Origin: Ministeria vibrans ATCC 50519
Lineage: Eukaryota > Protista > Filasterea
Length of the DNA stretch: 64,000 nt
Reading direction: 5' to 3'
Assembly: GCA_943704425.1 (NCBI GenBank)
Contig: CALSCP010000491.1
Location: forward strand, 72,849 to 136,848
Under the pieces are notes generated by a model. The model saw only the letters and a list, made by a program, of their open reading frames with translations. It had not been told where the DNA came from and ran no database searches. Positions 9,961 to 28,639 of the stretch are shown piece by piece (within the stretch, counting starts at the first letter, position 1; each line of letters begins with the position of its first letter). Both the position numbers and the translations under genes were made by a program.

Positions 9961-12900
9961 TTAAGAAATGGAAGACGAGGGCTTTCGAATAGGCTTTGGG
10001 GGTTTAGAAGCGGCACGAGCAGCAGTGATCTTCGCACGAGCACGACGCATGGCCTCAGCGTCAATGTCAATGTCATCAGTGGTGGCAGAAGTAGTAGAAG
10101 TTGGTGTTGAAGGAGCTGTGGAAGGAGTTACGGGAGAAGGAAGAGTGGGAGTTGTTGTTGAGGTGGTGAGGGCGGAGGACGGACGAGAAGTGATTGGAAG
10201 TGGCGGAGGTGATTTTTTAATGCGTTGGGCAAGGATGCGTTGACGGGCGAGGAAACGTGCTTCTTCATCAATGGTGGGGTGGTGAGGAGCAAGAGTTAGA
10301 GTGGGTTTTTTGGTAGGGATTGGTGGAGGTACTGCTGCTACTTTGTCGCAGCGAGATTGTTCAATGCGGAGGAGTGCGCGGCGTCGCGCTTCCTGGTCAA
10401 TGTCGGAGAAGGGAGAAGGAGGAACAGGCTTCTTCTTCATCGTCTTGGGTGAGGATACTGCTGTGGTCGTTACGGTTGTGACGAGTTTGGGGGGGACAGT
10501 AGAACGAGGACGGAGAGAGGGTTTGGTTGCCGGAACGGGAGGGGGTGCAACTGGCTTTGGAGGGAGCTGCACAGACACAGGACGGTTAATGATGGGCTTG
10601 GGAGGAGGGGGAGAAGGACACACAGCTACAGCCACAGCCACAGACGTAGATGCAGGTGAAGATGGAACAGTCAATTGAGGTTGAGGCGTGGGTCGTGAGG
10701 GTTTCCGCATGGGCCGTGGTCCTGACGTGCGTCGCTGCACTAAAGGCCTCGCTGTTACCCCTGCGTCCTCTGCAGACTCACGAGCCTCTTCAAGCTCGTC
10801 CAACCTCTTCTCTTCCAACCTCTTTTCTTCCAATCTCTTCTCTTCCATTCTCTTCTCTTCCAATCTCTTTTCCTCCATTCTCTTCTCTTCCAATCTCTTC
10901 TCTTCCAATCTCTTTTCCTCCATTCTCTTCTCCTCCATTCTCTTCTCTTCCAATCTCTTCTCCTCCATTCTCTTCTCCTCCATTCTCTTCTCTTCCATTC
11001 TCTTCTCTTCCAATCTCTTCTCTTCCAATTCTCTTCTCCTCCATTCTCTTCTCTTCCATTCTCTTCTCTTCCAATCTCTTCTCTTCCAATCTCTTTTCCT
11101 CCAATCTCTTCTCTTCCATTCTCTTTTCCTCCAATCTCTTCTTTTCCATTCTCTTCTCTTCCATTCTCTTCTCTTCCAATCTCTTCTCTTCCAATCTCTT
11201 CTCTTCCATTCTCTTCTCCTCCAATCTCTTTTCCTCCATTCTCTTCTCCTCCATTCTCTTCTCCTCCATTCTCTTCTCTTCCAATCTCTTTTCCTCCATT
11301 CTCTTCTCCTCCATTCTCTTCTCTTCCAATCTCTTTTCCTCCATTCTCTTCTCCTCCATTCTCTTCTCCTCCATTCTCTTCTTCGCACTCTCATCCACTG
11401 TCATTTTGACTGATTTCGGTCTCAGCACAATCTTTGGCTTTGCTCCAATTGCTGGTTTCACTTGCAATCGTGCCTTTTGTGCCTCTTCTTCTTCCTTCTC
11501 TGTTTGCTTTTGCAGTGTTTCCATCTCTTCCAGTCTCTTCTTCTCAACTTCCACCCTTTTCTCCTGTTCCTTCCGTTCTTTCTCTTGTTTCTCTTTCTCC
11601 TCTGCTTCTTTCTTCTTCTTCTTTCTCTCCTCATTATTCTTCTCTTTCTCCTTCAGTCGCTGTTGTTCTTGCTGCTCCTTCAATATCCGCTCTTGTTCCC
11701 TCTGTTCCCTTTCCAGTCGTTCCTTCTCCTCCTCCACCAATCGCTTTTGTTCTCTATGCTCTTCTTCCAAACGTTCCTTCTCCCTCTCTTCCACCAACAA
11801 TCGCTCTTGTTCTTTCTGTTCCTCCTCCAGTCGCTCTCGTTCCCTCTTCGTCTGCTCCTCCAATCGCTCTTTGTCCTTTCGTCTCTCCTCCGCCTTCTCT
11901 TCTCTCTCCCTTCTGCGCTCCTCAATCAGCTTCTTCCGCTCGCTAGCCTTCTCCTTCCGCTCTTCTTCTACTTTCACTCGTTCTGCCTCTCTCTCCTCCT
12001 CCACCAACCTCCGCCTCTTTTCTTCCTCTCGCTTCATTTCCTCCTCTCGTTCTCGTCGCTCCATCTCCTTCTTCCCCTTCATCCGCTCCCGTTCCTCCAG
12101 CTTCTCCTGTCGCTTCTGCTCCTCCGCCCTCCGCCGCTCTTCATTCGCCCTTGCCCGCTCCCCGTCATCATACAGCTCCACCTCCTCTCCCTCCTCCATC
12201 ACACTCTCATCCATCCTTCCACCTCGCACTCCAACTTTTTCCTTATCCCGCTCCGTGTCCAGACTCATCCGTCGCCCCATTGTCGCTCCATCCTTACCAC
12301 CCCTGCTGTCACCACCAGGCACCGTCTTTCCACGCACCCCAACGTGTGGGTTTCCAATCGACCCGGTACGCACAATCGACGATCCCCGTCCGCTTGCTGC
12401 TGCCGCTGCCTTCTTCTCCTTCCGGCTGCGCGTTCCCTCTTCCACAGCTGACTTGCCCTCGTTCATGGCCTGCAATATCGCATCCAGCTCGGCATCCGTC
12501 GGCTCCTTTTCCGCCATCTTCTTCAAGTCTTCCTTGGATGCCTTTTGACGTGTTCCATCAGCCAGCGGTGGAACTCCTCGATATGAGGCGTCCTTGAACA
12601 AATGATAGAGCGAGCTAACCTGCATGGAAACAAATAAATCGGGAAAAAGACAGAATATAAAACAAAGATGATTATTTTGACGCAAATTAGTGCAAGCTGG
12701 ACTGTTGTTGGTGATGCTTGGTGAATGGAGTGTGAGAAGGCGCAAAAGACGAGTGCGATCAATTGGATGTGAGAAGAGAGAGACACACACACACAGGCAC
12801 ATGAATGTGGAAGGCGACGGTCAGAGGACCAAACGACACAAACGGCATGCTTGTTGCTGAGAGAAGATGGCTCAAGAAGGAAGAGACGTGGCTGTCGGAG

Positions 12901-13373
12901 GGCAAAGCAAAGCAAAGCATCAAAACAAACGGATTTCGTTCACGTACGTAAATCATCAGACTGCGCCAGTCGGCACCACCGGTCACATCTTCCACGTCAA
13001 GATAGCGGTACACAGAGAGAGATTCGTCGGCGACGCTGAACACCGCGTGCATCGTGGCGGCGGCGTCTGCGCGAGAAGAGCAGCGTCAATACCGCAGCGA
13101 CGGAATAAGGTGAATTGGAACGCCAATCTCACCGTTGCGCACGTAGTAGTCGCTATAGTCAATGAGGTCGGGTCGAAACCGATGCAGCACGGCCAGAAAT
13201 GCAAGGCCGCTCTCCCAGCTTGTCCTGAGCGCACACAAATGTTAAGTACAAGTGCAACAGTCATATCATAACACCTCGTACGAGAAATTTTGCACGTCTA
13301 CACCCGGATAGCCCAACGTCACCTTCTGACACCATATCAAGAGGTTCTGCTTGACCGTCTTAGAGGTCGCCAT
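9961..13373 (-). CDS. Calponin-homology (CH2-type; EHBP1/MICAL-like/smoothelin-type) protein with a long charged E/K/R helix and Pro-rich tail; apparent frameshift at ~11030
   Basis: Exons give [53 protein letters not shown]...[15 protein letters not shown]|VSSLYHLF. ORFs 10790-12802 and 9961-11394 join in frame if one extra T at 11029-11030 is removed. Confidence 0.85.
10800..11385 (-). repeat. Coding 15-bp tandem repeat encoding (EEKR[M/L])n, about 39 units
   Basis: ttcca(a/t)tctcttctc units on the + strand. Confidence 0.95.
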
Positions 13374-13508
13374 TGAAAATAGTGTGATTTTTAGACTTTT
13401 TTCCTGTATTTTCACTTTTAAGCCACAACTGAGTAGTCAACTCAGTCAATCGACTCACTCGAGAGTCGAGCAATTTTTTATTTTTAACTGTATTCTCTTT
13501 TTGCCAGC

Positions 13509-15494
13509 ATGAGCTTTGACGACTTGGCATCGGGCGGCACGTCAAACAGATCATTTGGCGGTCCCCCGGCCGGCTCGCAGTACGGCTACCAACAGGGCGG
13601 CCCAGTCAGCAGTAACAGCGCATTCGGTACGCTCTCTCTCGCTCGCTCGCTCTCTCTCTTGCTCTCCCTCTCTCCCCCTCTGCCTGCCCATGCGGTGCGC
13701 CATCTGCGCCTCTGCTTCTCTCGCTGGTTTTTTTTATAACTCTTCCCAACCCATTTCGTCCCGAATCGGCGCACTGAGCACGCATTGCCCGTGCGACGGT
13801 GGGGCGTGTGCGAGTGTGGGAGGCGCGTCCTTCACTTGAATCGCCCTGGATGAGCTCGTAATTTGGCTTTTCCTGTGTGAAATTTCCCCAAGACGTTTTC
13901 CATGTCGTGTCTCTCAAAACGCAACTCGTGACTTGCGCCGCAGCCCGTGTCGCCACGCCCGCCCTGTCTCCTCCGTCCGTATACGTGCCTTCTCCTCCCT
14001 TGTCTGCCCCCCTCTCTCTCTCTGTCCTACACCCTTTTTGCCCCATCCCAAACTTCTTTTTGCCTTTTTCCCTTTCCCTCTCTCCCTCAACGCCTCTCTC
14101 CGTCAATTGCCGCCCTCTTTCCTGCGTATCGCTTACCGTCCGCATTGCCGTCACTTTCTCTCTGACCGACAGCTGTTTCCCGTCTCAACAGTCCCCAACC
14201 AAATCCCTTTCTCTCTCTCACTCTCTCTCTTTTTTATTTTTTTTTCCTCTGCTTGTTCTCACTCCCTTCTCGATGTTTCACTGACTATGATGTGCAGGAA
14301 GAAGCAGTAGTGGACGTGACGGCGATGCCGAGTACGTGCGCGTGAGCGAGCAGATCTCTCAGAAGCTGTACGAGATCAACAACAACGTTGGCAACCTGCA
14401 GCGCATGTCGGGCATGATTGGCTCGGCCAGGGACACTCCACAGTACCGTGAGAAGCTGTACGTTCCCGTTGAGATGGTGGTGGGGTGGGTGTGTAGTATT
14501 AATGTCTGAGTGTGTGTCTTTTGTGCGTACGTAGCATGAGTGCAATCAACGTGACACGAAAGTTGACTAAGGAGACGGGTGGACTGCTGCGTACGATGGG
14601 CAGTGTTGATGGGGTAACCACTTGCACATTCTTTATATAGTTTGGTTTGACTGATGTTTGCTGGAATAATGTGTGTGTGTGTGTGTGTTTGTGTGTGTAG
14701 GTTGGAGAGCGAGAGCAACGAGAACGACGAATGCAACAGACCAAGTTGAGCAAAGATTTCCAGCAAATGGTTCGCAGCTTTGACGAAGTGCAAAAACTGT
14801 GTGTGCAAAAGATGCGCGCGTCGGTTGCACGAGCCAAGGAGACGATTGCGGCGGACCAGGCGGCGGGAGACGACTATGGAACATTTGGAGTGCGGGATGA
14901 GGAGGCACGACTGATTGAGTCGGACCGGATGCAGGCGCAGCAGCAGATTGGCAATGAGGTGGAGTATAATGAGGCGCTCATTCGCGAGAGAGAAGAAGGT
15001 CAGAGAATGTTTTTTGTGTCGTGTGAGTAGAGTGAGTTGTATTGACCTGCGATTGTAGGGATTATGGAGATTGAGTCAACGATGATTGAGATCAACAGCA
15101 CAATGCGTGACATCACAATGCTTGTGCACGAACAAGGACAGATGCTCGGTACGACATGTGAATGAAGGTTTTTATGACCACTATCAATTCTCTTATTCAC
15201 ATTCACATACACACACACACACTGCCGTGTACTCTCTCGCACAAATTTCTCACACTCTTTCTCTTGCAATTTAACGCTATTGACTCGTCTCCATTTTTTA
15301 TCGTGTTCTAACGTGCAGACCGCATTGAGGACAACATTGAAGACACTCACGAGAAGGTTGAGATTGGCCATGACGAGCTTGTCTCTGCGCGAAGATACCA
15401 AAAGAAGGCACGCAAGAAGATGGTCTGCATTCTGGTGGTGGCTGTTATTGCTGCTGCCGTGGTGGCGACTATTGTGGGCATTAAAGTGCATTAA
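13509..15494 (+). CDS. Endosomal Qa-SNARE, syntaxin 7/12 (SYP2/Pep12)-like; multi-exon
   Basis: Habc region (MIGSARDTPQYREKL, QQTKLSKDFQ), SNARE motif LIREREEGIMEIESTMIEINSTMRDITMLVHEQGQMLDRIEDNI, C-terminal TM helix. Confidence 0.9.
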
Positions 15495-15611
15495 GTGAGT
15501 GTGAGAGTGAGTGAGTGAGCGAGTGAGAGGTATTACAGCGTGTTTTTTAACGACCAAGAAGAAGAATATTTTTTGCTGTATGGAGTGTGTACATAGCACT
15601 TGTAATGCGAA

Positions 15612-17730
<2,119 letters not shown>

Positions 17731-17979
17731 GATGAAAAAAAAAAAGTATTCAGTTTCAAGTTTTTCACAAAATGACACCAAAATAATTATTCGGGAATTA
17801 TGACAAATCTATTTTGTTTTTTGCTGTAGCCTGCAAGGAATTCAGTACAGTTTGGTCGGCCGATTGCCATTGGTTTGCTTGGCATACGACATTCGTTACC
17901 GAGAGGATCGTCTGTTGATTTTGTTCTGACTGTCGCTATTCCCTGACTTCATTTTACATTTTTCACTTTCACACTTTTG

Positions 17980-20900
17980 ATGAACGGCTGCTCGGCGATC
18001 GCCCCAAGACTTGTCCTCTTGGGCATTGTCCTGGTCGCAGCGTTCATCCCATCGTCATCCTCAGTTGAATGTGACGGCTCGTTCAGCACGTCACTCACAG
18101 TCACCTCTTCTCCTCCTGCTCCCTCCATCACACTCACCCTTCGCCGCGCCAACTCTGACGTGCCTTTAGAGCTCTTCCTTGCCGACGTAACCAGCAGCGA
18201 ATGGTGAGCTCACGAAAAAACAAACAGATTTTAAAAAACCTGAACCCAAATTTGAATTTTGTTTCCAGCTCGCCTGTGTGCCCAGGCAACAGCAAAGCCA
18301 TGGTTCCAAACGTAGACTACGAGCTTGCAAACCGTACGGTGCGTTGGGAGGCCAATTCGACGCGCGCATTGGTCCATCTCCGACTCCTCTCCAGTCGATC
18401 ATCCTCCTCCTCCGCCGCAAAGAACATGTTTGCTGCATTGGCTCTTTCGCGCACGTCGACGATGCGCAACGCCAGCAGCCAGCTGTGTTCGGGTGTGGGG
18501 TCGCGCCACGGGGTGCTGGTGCAGCAGCGCTTGGTCGAGAGCAGTGTGTCGGCAACGTGGCTCATCATGGCGCTGTCTGCGTCGGGCATTGTGGTGTCGC
18601 TCGTGTTCATTGTGGCCGTCTTCCGACTGCGAAAGCATCCTTTGCTGCGCGCCTCATCGCCGTCGTTTCTCTTTGTTGTGCTCGTTGGTTGCATCGTGGC
18701 CTTTTGTGCCTCCATCGTGGCAGTGTTGCCGCTCACTGACGCCATTTGCATGGCAACGCCCTGGCTCTCAAACGGTGCCTTTCTCGCCACTTTTGGCGCG
18801 CTCTTTCTCAAGACGTGGCGCATCACACGCATCTTCATCAACGACAATTTGCATCGTCTTGGACGCCACTGGAGCAACACACGACTGCTCATCGTCATCG
18901 GGGTGCTCATGCTTGTTTTCTGTGTCTACATGGCCGTGTGGATGGTCGTCGATCGTCCGCGGCTCCAGGAGCGTTCTTCCTTTGGCAACGACTGCGTCAC
19001 CCTGCTCACTTGCAGTGCCAGTGACTCGCCCTTTCAGATTGTTCTTCTCTTCTTCGAGGGCATCATGCTTTTCCTTGGCATCTACCAAGTCTGGTATGGG
19101 CGCAACATTGCAGACGCTTTCACCGAAGCAAAGGTACACGAAGGAGCACGTCAAGAAGGATAATCATCACCGCAATCGTTGTCTTTGCTGTAGTACATTT
19201 TTATTGTGTTCCTTGTGGCTGCTCTGATGGCCCTGATCATGTTCGTGTCCTTGCGCACAGCCGTGGCTGCAGAGCCTATTGCGGGCATTGGGGTGCTCGT
19301 GGGAGCACTGGGCACTCTCTTGGTCATGTTCGTGCCCAAGTTTGTTATCATCTACCGTCTCAAGGACGACGACGACATTGCACTGCTGCTCAAACCGCAC
19401 CGTGCGCTTAGCGTATCGCTCACTACAAGCAGTGCTGTGCCGCGTCGCTCGTCGTTTGCCACAACTCACACCGAAGGTAGTTCCACGGCCCCTGCCTCCC
19501 CTGCTTCCGCCACCCGATACCGCCGCCAGTCGTCCTCCAGCTCACTCCTGCACCACCACACCTCTACTCGCCCTACCTCTGCTTCGTCTTTGTCCCATGA
19601 CCGTCGCAACACCACATTGCGTCCCGACAGTGTTGCGTCTGATCGCGACTCACTCAACTCGTCCTGGGGCTCCTCCAACAGTGCCAGTGCGCGCACAAGC
19701 ATTGCCCTCAACTCTGACATCGACTCCTCCGAATTCAACAGTATGATTCCCCTTCTCGCTGCGTCAAACACCGCTGCGACGACTGCAACAGCTGACCTCA
19801 TGGCCATCAGTGAAACCAACGAAGACCCCCTTTCGCGTCAATCGTCTCGCCAGAGGCCATCGCAAGGCGCAACTCCCGAGCAACAGCAGCAGGAAGAAGA
19901 TGAGGAAGCCATGGAACTGACACAGATGAATACGACAATCGCAAGTGAGGCTGCTGCTACTGCTGCTCATGAAGACCCTGCTGATCATCATGTGGATGTA
20001 AGTGGCGCAGCGGAACACACTGAGTCATCGTCGTCTGCTATGCCGCATCCTCCTTCACACTCGCGACAACGCCACCAGAGCATAGCAACAGACGTGCGCA
20101 CGGCAGCCCATGCGGCACGTCGTCGTCGCCAAGACATGCTCAATGAGTCCTCCATGGTTGGTGAGTTTCTGCGTGCGCTCCTCAAGGCCGCCGACGACTC
20201 TGGCGTTGCCATCAACGGCAGTCCCACCAACGCCGCCAGCACAGCACACGTGCCCCTGCGCAGCACAGGCACTTCCCACCGCCACCACCACCACCATCGT
20301 CAACAGAGACGTCGCTCACGACCCGCTGAACACTACGCTCTACAGCGCAGCATGAGTGACATCTCACAGGCTGTCAGTGGTGACTCAGCAGCAGCAGGTT
20401 CAGTCGCTGATCGCGTTGCTGTTGCTGTCCCCAGTGGCTCTGAAAGCCTTTCGCCCGCCTCTCAGCGGTACAGTTGGTTCTCGCGTCTTTCTGGCTCGTT
20501 TCGTTCGATACGTCGCAGACGTCGCAATGCCGCCGCAGCAGCAGTAGCAGCAGCAGATCCAGCAGAGCAAAAGGAGCAGCAGCAGCAGCAGAGAGTGCGT
20601 GGACACGGACCTATTGAAGAAGTGTATAGTGAGCCGCATCTCTATGCACAGCGCACCGAGTCAAACGCGAGCGAGACGGACGCAGTAGCACCACAGTCGT
20701 CGTCGCTGCACGTGCTGTCGCTGATGAACCCTCCGCCGTCCAAGGTAAGTGCGCGCAGCGAGGGCGGCAGCAACGAGTCTGTTCTCGATGCCGCTGTGCT
20801 TGCTGCAGCTTCCGCCTCGTCGCTGCGTCCTGCCCTGCGTATTCCTCAGACGGCCACAGTTGATCTTACTCGAGTGCCGTCCGCTCCCTCGACTCTGCTG

Positions 20901-21197
20901 CGCTCTAAGCCACAACCGACCATTGTGGTCGTCAACGCTGACCATACCGACGACGACCACAACATCAACGACGACGAGCCCATTGGCGCCGTCTCGCTGT
21001 TCACTGCGCCCCCTCCTACGCCTCCTCCACCCTCCTTGCAAGGCACAAGTGTTGTCCGCAGTGCAGCCAAATTCCGGCGTCGGCGCTACTCGCCCAGTCC
21101 CACTGCTGTCGTCTCCCCCGTGGATGCCATAATGCAGCCGTCACCACGGCGACCCAGCGAAGATGTTCCTCTTCATCTCAATGTCACTGATGTATGA
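17980..21197 (+). CDS. Class C (GABA-B/7tm_3-like) GPCR with short ectodomain and ~600-aa low-complexity C-tail; 3 exons
   Basis: Signal peptide; RKHPLLRASSPSFLFVVLVG, CMATPWL, FGALFLKTWRITRIF, GRNIADAFTEAK, FVPKF. Introns ~18204-18268 and ~19133-19193. Confidence 0.85.
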
Positions 21198-21377
21198 ATA
21201 AGTGTATTCAATGCAACCTTCACTCTTCAGCCGGACTTCATAGGAAAATAAATAGAGAATCGAGAGGTCAATGTCAAAACAAAACTATATACAAACAAAG
21301 AGCACAATACTTCCGCCGTAGACTTCAAGACAAGAATGACCTGAAAAAAGCCCATAGACCCACTGATACTCCATATA

Positions 21378-21608
21378 TTCAATGCAGGATGGAACGCTGA
21401 GCTGCATTTTTTTCTCTTATCATCTGATCAGTCGCTCTGCCCTCAGTATTTATATCTTTTTGAGAGTGAATAACTGTTATTTAATCAGGAATTCAGAATG
21501 GAACGTTGCGCTGCATTCCTTGTCCCCTATCTGATTATACCTTTTGAGAGTGGATAATTGTTATTCAATGCAAAATGCAATTTCTTCCTCCCCTATCTGA
21601 TCAGTCGT
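21378..21608. repeat. Degenerate tandem duplication in the intergenic region upstream of ArfGAP
   Basis: ggaacg.tg.gctgcatt, ttttgagagtg.ataa.tgttatt and atctgatcagtcg each occur twice. Confidence 0.7.
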
Positions 21609-21626
21609 TTATTGAATTTTTTGAAG

Positions 21627-23180
<1,554 letters not shown>

Positions 23181-23447
23181 ATATACCTTTAACCCTTGTG
23201 ACTTTGTGACTTGACATATTGCTATTATTTGGTAAACTACGCAAGTGTGACGTGCGGGTTAGAGTCATTTGCACTTTGATATTCATTTAATTGGGGAGGC
23301 GTTTGCGACATGCAGTTGAGAACTAATAATAATACAATCTTTTCCTGTTTCACACACAGTTGTCCAATTTCCATTGACCATTCCTTCTTTCGCTTTGCAC
23401 TTTGTTGATCGCTCTGACGGCCTGACGCTCGCTGTGAACAACCTTGC

Positions 23448-25075
<1,628 letters not shown>

Positions 25076-25162
25076 CTCTTTAGTAATAAACCACTATCTC
25101 AAAAAAGAGCCAAGAGAAGAAACACATAGAACAGCGTGTGTGCGTGTATATATATGTGTTAT

Positions 25163-27642
<2,480 letters not shown>

Positions 27643-27898
27643 CCTGCTCAAGAAATATTCTGATCTGTGAATTGTGGATGATAAAATGAGTATTGACTAT
27701 CGAGTGGCCGACTGGCCGCTCGGTCATCACATTCATCTGCGCCCGTATGATTATGATACGGGTTTGCTTGAGCCCTGGTCGCACGTGCTCTCGGTAATCA
27801 GTAGTTTCTAGTTAGTACACTGGGTAAAGAATGTTCCAGTATTAGTCCACTGCACCAACTCACGGCACCCAAGACTGAATATTTCATTTTTCTTGAGA

Positions 27899-28636
27899 AT
27901 GCGAGTTGAGCTACTTCATAAGGAGACGCTGGCTGAAGGCTCGGAGTTTCCTGTGCGTCTGTTTCGAGTGTCGCTGCCGACGGGGCGACGTCTTGGCGTC
28001 AATGCGGCGCTCGGTGGCAAGATAAAGCTCTTTTCCAATCGTCTCCGAAAACCACGCTCGTACACCCCCATCTCGCCACCGTCGGCCACGGGCCACTTTG
28101 AATTGGCTATCAAGATCTATCGTGGGGGCGTGGCATCCAGCTACATTGACAGCTTGGCCGTCGGCGACGCGCTGACCATCAGTATCCCGACGCCTCGTCT
28201 GAAGAGAATAACCCGCGTCGAGGGAGCCTCACACGTCGGCTTGGTCGCGCTTGGCATTGGCATCACCGAGGCGTACATGGTGGCGCTGGCCGAGCTTGAG
28301 TGCGACGACGTCTCGCTGGTTTGTCTGCTTTTTGTGAACCGAACGCGCGCCGACGCTGTGTTTGCGGACCGTCTGGCGCATTTGAAGGGGAAGTACGGCG
28401 ACCGGTTTCGCGTGCAGTACGCCTATTCACGTGATCCAGGGGTATCTGGTGCTGTCGATGGACGCGTCTCTGAAGAGATGCTTGCTGCCGTGTTCGAAGG
28501 ATGGCCCAAAGATGGAAAGTCACGCTTTCTTGTTGTTGGCACCAAGCGCATGAAGAAGGCCGTGTGGACGATGCTCGCTGGGTGTGGGTGGGCGCGGTCC
28601 ATTTCGATGTTACATGCTAAGAGGCATTGTATTTGA
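27899..28636 (+). CDS. FNR-fold FAD/NAD(P)H oxidoreductase, cytochrome b5 reductase-like; intronless
   Basis: RSYTPIS (FAD RxY motif), IKIYRGGVASSY, VALGIGIT (variant of GGTGIT), LLFVNRT, VVGTKRM (variant of CGPPxM). Confidence 0.85.
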   Translation: MRVELLHKETLAEGSEFPVRLFRVSLPTGRRLGVNAALGGKIKLFSNRLRKPRSYTPISPPSATGHFELAIKIYRGGVASSYIDSLAVGDALTISIPTPRLKRITRVEGASHVGLVALGIGITEAYMVALAELECDDVSLVCLLFVNRTRADAVFADRLAHLKGKYGDRFRVQYAYSRDPGVSGAVDGRVSEEMLAAVFEGWPKDGKSRFLVVGTKRMKKAVWTMLAGCGWARSISMLHAKRHCI

Positions 28637-28639
28637 TTG

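Noticed and set aside
10650-12548. 632-aa plus-strand ORF ([10 protein letters not shown] repeats)
   Set aside because: It is the antisense shadow of the EEKR repeat and charged region of the CH-domain gene.
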